Shown here one piece after another: positions 62,399 to 64,000 of a stretch of 64,000 bases of DNA. A program made the translations under genes and the position numbers. Where the stretch lies: assembly GCA_964106645.2 (NCBI GenBank), contig OZ067043.1; one strand, 5' to 3'. Under the pieces are notes generated by a model. The model did not search any database, was not told the origin of the DNA, and saw nothing but the letters and a program-made list of their open reading frames with translations. This stretch comes from Podarcis pityusensis (Eukaryota). Position 1 is the first letter of the stretch, and the number at the start of each line of letters is the position of its first letter.

Positions 62399-64000
62399 CT
62401 CTTCAATATTACAATCACAGATCAGGCGTAAATTACAGTCAAACAAATGCAGTTAACAGTTTAGAGGCCAGCAAAAGACTGTTAGGAATTAACAGCACCT
62501 CAAGGGACTAAGAAATGGGCGTGCTTTGTTGCACGTTCACAGTCACTCTTGGAATGGATTGCTGAGTGCTAGTATGGTTGGTAAAAAGATTTAACCACCA
62601 ATTTCCTAACAATGCATGCTGATGCACAGAATTTTGTCACTTTCTCTTATAAAAATGAATTCTCGCTAGAAAAATACAGAGTGGAATAAATAATCAAAAT
62701 TCTAGTTTGGCTGACATTTCTTCCCCAATGGAGGTGGAATAAAATTGGTTCATGAAGAGGCGGCAGTCTGTTTGTGCTGCCCAGTTGCAGTTCTAAATTG
62801 AGTTAGATCATCTCATGTTTCTAAATATCACATTTCTTTTCTGCTGCCAGTTGTATCTAGTCAAAGTTGTGAAACCAGTTATGAGATTATAGCTGTATGT
62901 TGACAAGGTCGAAGTAACAAGAATATTTTTTTAAAATGGCAAATGCCCTTGATTATTTTTTTTTAAAGAAAAACAACAGGAATGCAGTGATTTTGTTAAT
63001 GCGAATCACAAGGGCTAGCAATGCTAATATCTGAGGAGCTTGGAAATTGCTATATGGAGGCACTACAATTATTTCCTGAATGTTTTATCAGGGCTGAATC
63101 ATATTTTTAGTACCGCTTCAGAGTGTTAATTAGCTGAAAGTTTTAGTTGATCTGCAGACTGATTGCAAGTTAAAATTTGTTGAGAATGAAAAAGTACTTT
63201 CTAGATGCAAGTCACCTAGAAATAATGGGTCTTTTCTCATTGGCAAACCTAGCAAAAACAAGGGTTATGAGGGCTTTTCTTTTCTGTTTGTATCTAAAGC
63301 TAGTGGAAATTTTGTATTTCAATACGAATTCATAATGGGATAATTAAAAAACCCCACAGGAAACTCAAACTGAAAATGTTTATTCGAATATTGAATTAAC
63401 CATTTCTTAATTAACATTTCTTAATCTTCCACAGTGATTATGGATTTTGAAATTGTTCATGTTTGAAGGCTCTGCTGTATTAATGTGACAGGTATATTAG
63501 AGAAACCCAAATTAATGAAATGTAAAATAGCAAAGATGGCATTTCCTTCTAACAACTCATGGTAGCTTTTGTTTATTGAATTGCAATTTTGTGCACTTAG
63601 GATAAATTTAAGTGTTCTCTCCCCCCGCCCCCAGTTATTCTCAAAGTCACCTATACTGAACTTTTGGTAATATGCAAATTCATTTTATCTTGAATTGGTT
63701 GGGAGACATTCAGATAAACAAATATATCCTGAACTTGCCTCTTGTTATAGGGTTCATTATTATTGCAACTTGTTATCTCACCTGGGTTACTGGGTAGACA
63801 GTGCCATATCTTTCCAGGCTCTGTAAAAGCAAAATACTTTGAATCAGTTAAGGCTGCAATCCTATACACATTTATTTATACCTTTTATATGCTACCCAAC
63901 AACAAAAATCTTTTTTAACCTGGGAGTAAACCCTATTGAACTCAATGGGACTTACTTCTGAGTAGAAATGTATAATCAGGACTACTTCTTGCACTTAAGG

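Overview
Vertebrate genomic DNA, not prokaryotic. The repeat content (Squam3-type SINE, Sauria SINE, BovB, typical lizard MITEs) points to a squamate, probably a lacertid lizard (inference). The window holds the conserved amniote block FUBP1(-) / DNAJB4(+) / GIPC2(+). FUBP1 is complete: 20 canonical coding exons between 28122 and 1424, all GT-AG with consistent phases, 1926 nt = 641 aa. It also has an extra 60-nt cassette exon (2040-2099) encoding a fourth tyrosine-motif repeat. DNAJB4 is complete (3 coding exons, 339 aa). Only exon 1 of GIPC2 is present. There are two CpG islands (FUBP1/DNAJB4 bidirectional promoter; GIPC2), two assembly gaps and many transposons, several with readable target-site duplications (TSDs). 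I see no wholly new multi-gene system. The best leads are post-transcriptional features of FUBP1: a candidate 201-nt in-frame Cys-rich cassette exon, candidate poison exons, competing terminal exons, and U1/donor sites at the poly(A) site. Other leads are a 61-bp-arm fold-back palindrome, a solo LTR in the DNAJB4 3'UTR, and a nested L1/SINE insertion in the GIPC2 promoter. Comparisons with human proteins are from memory and need checking by alignment.
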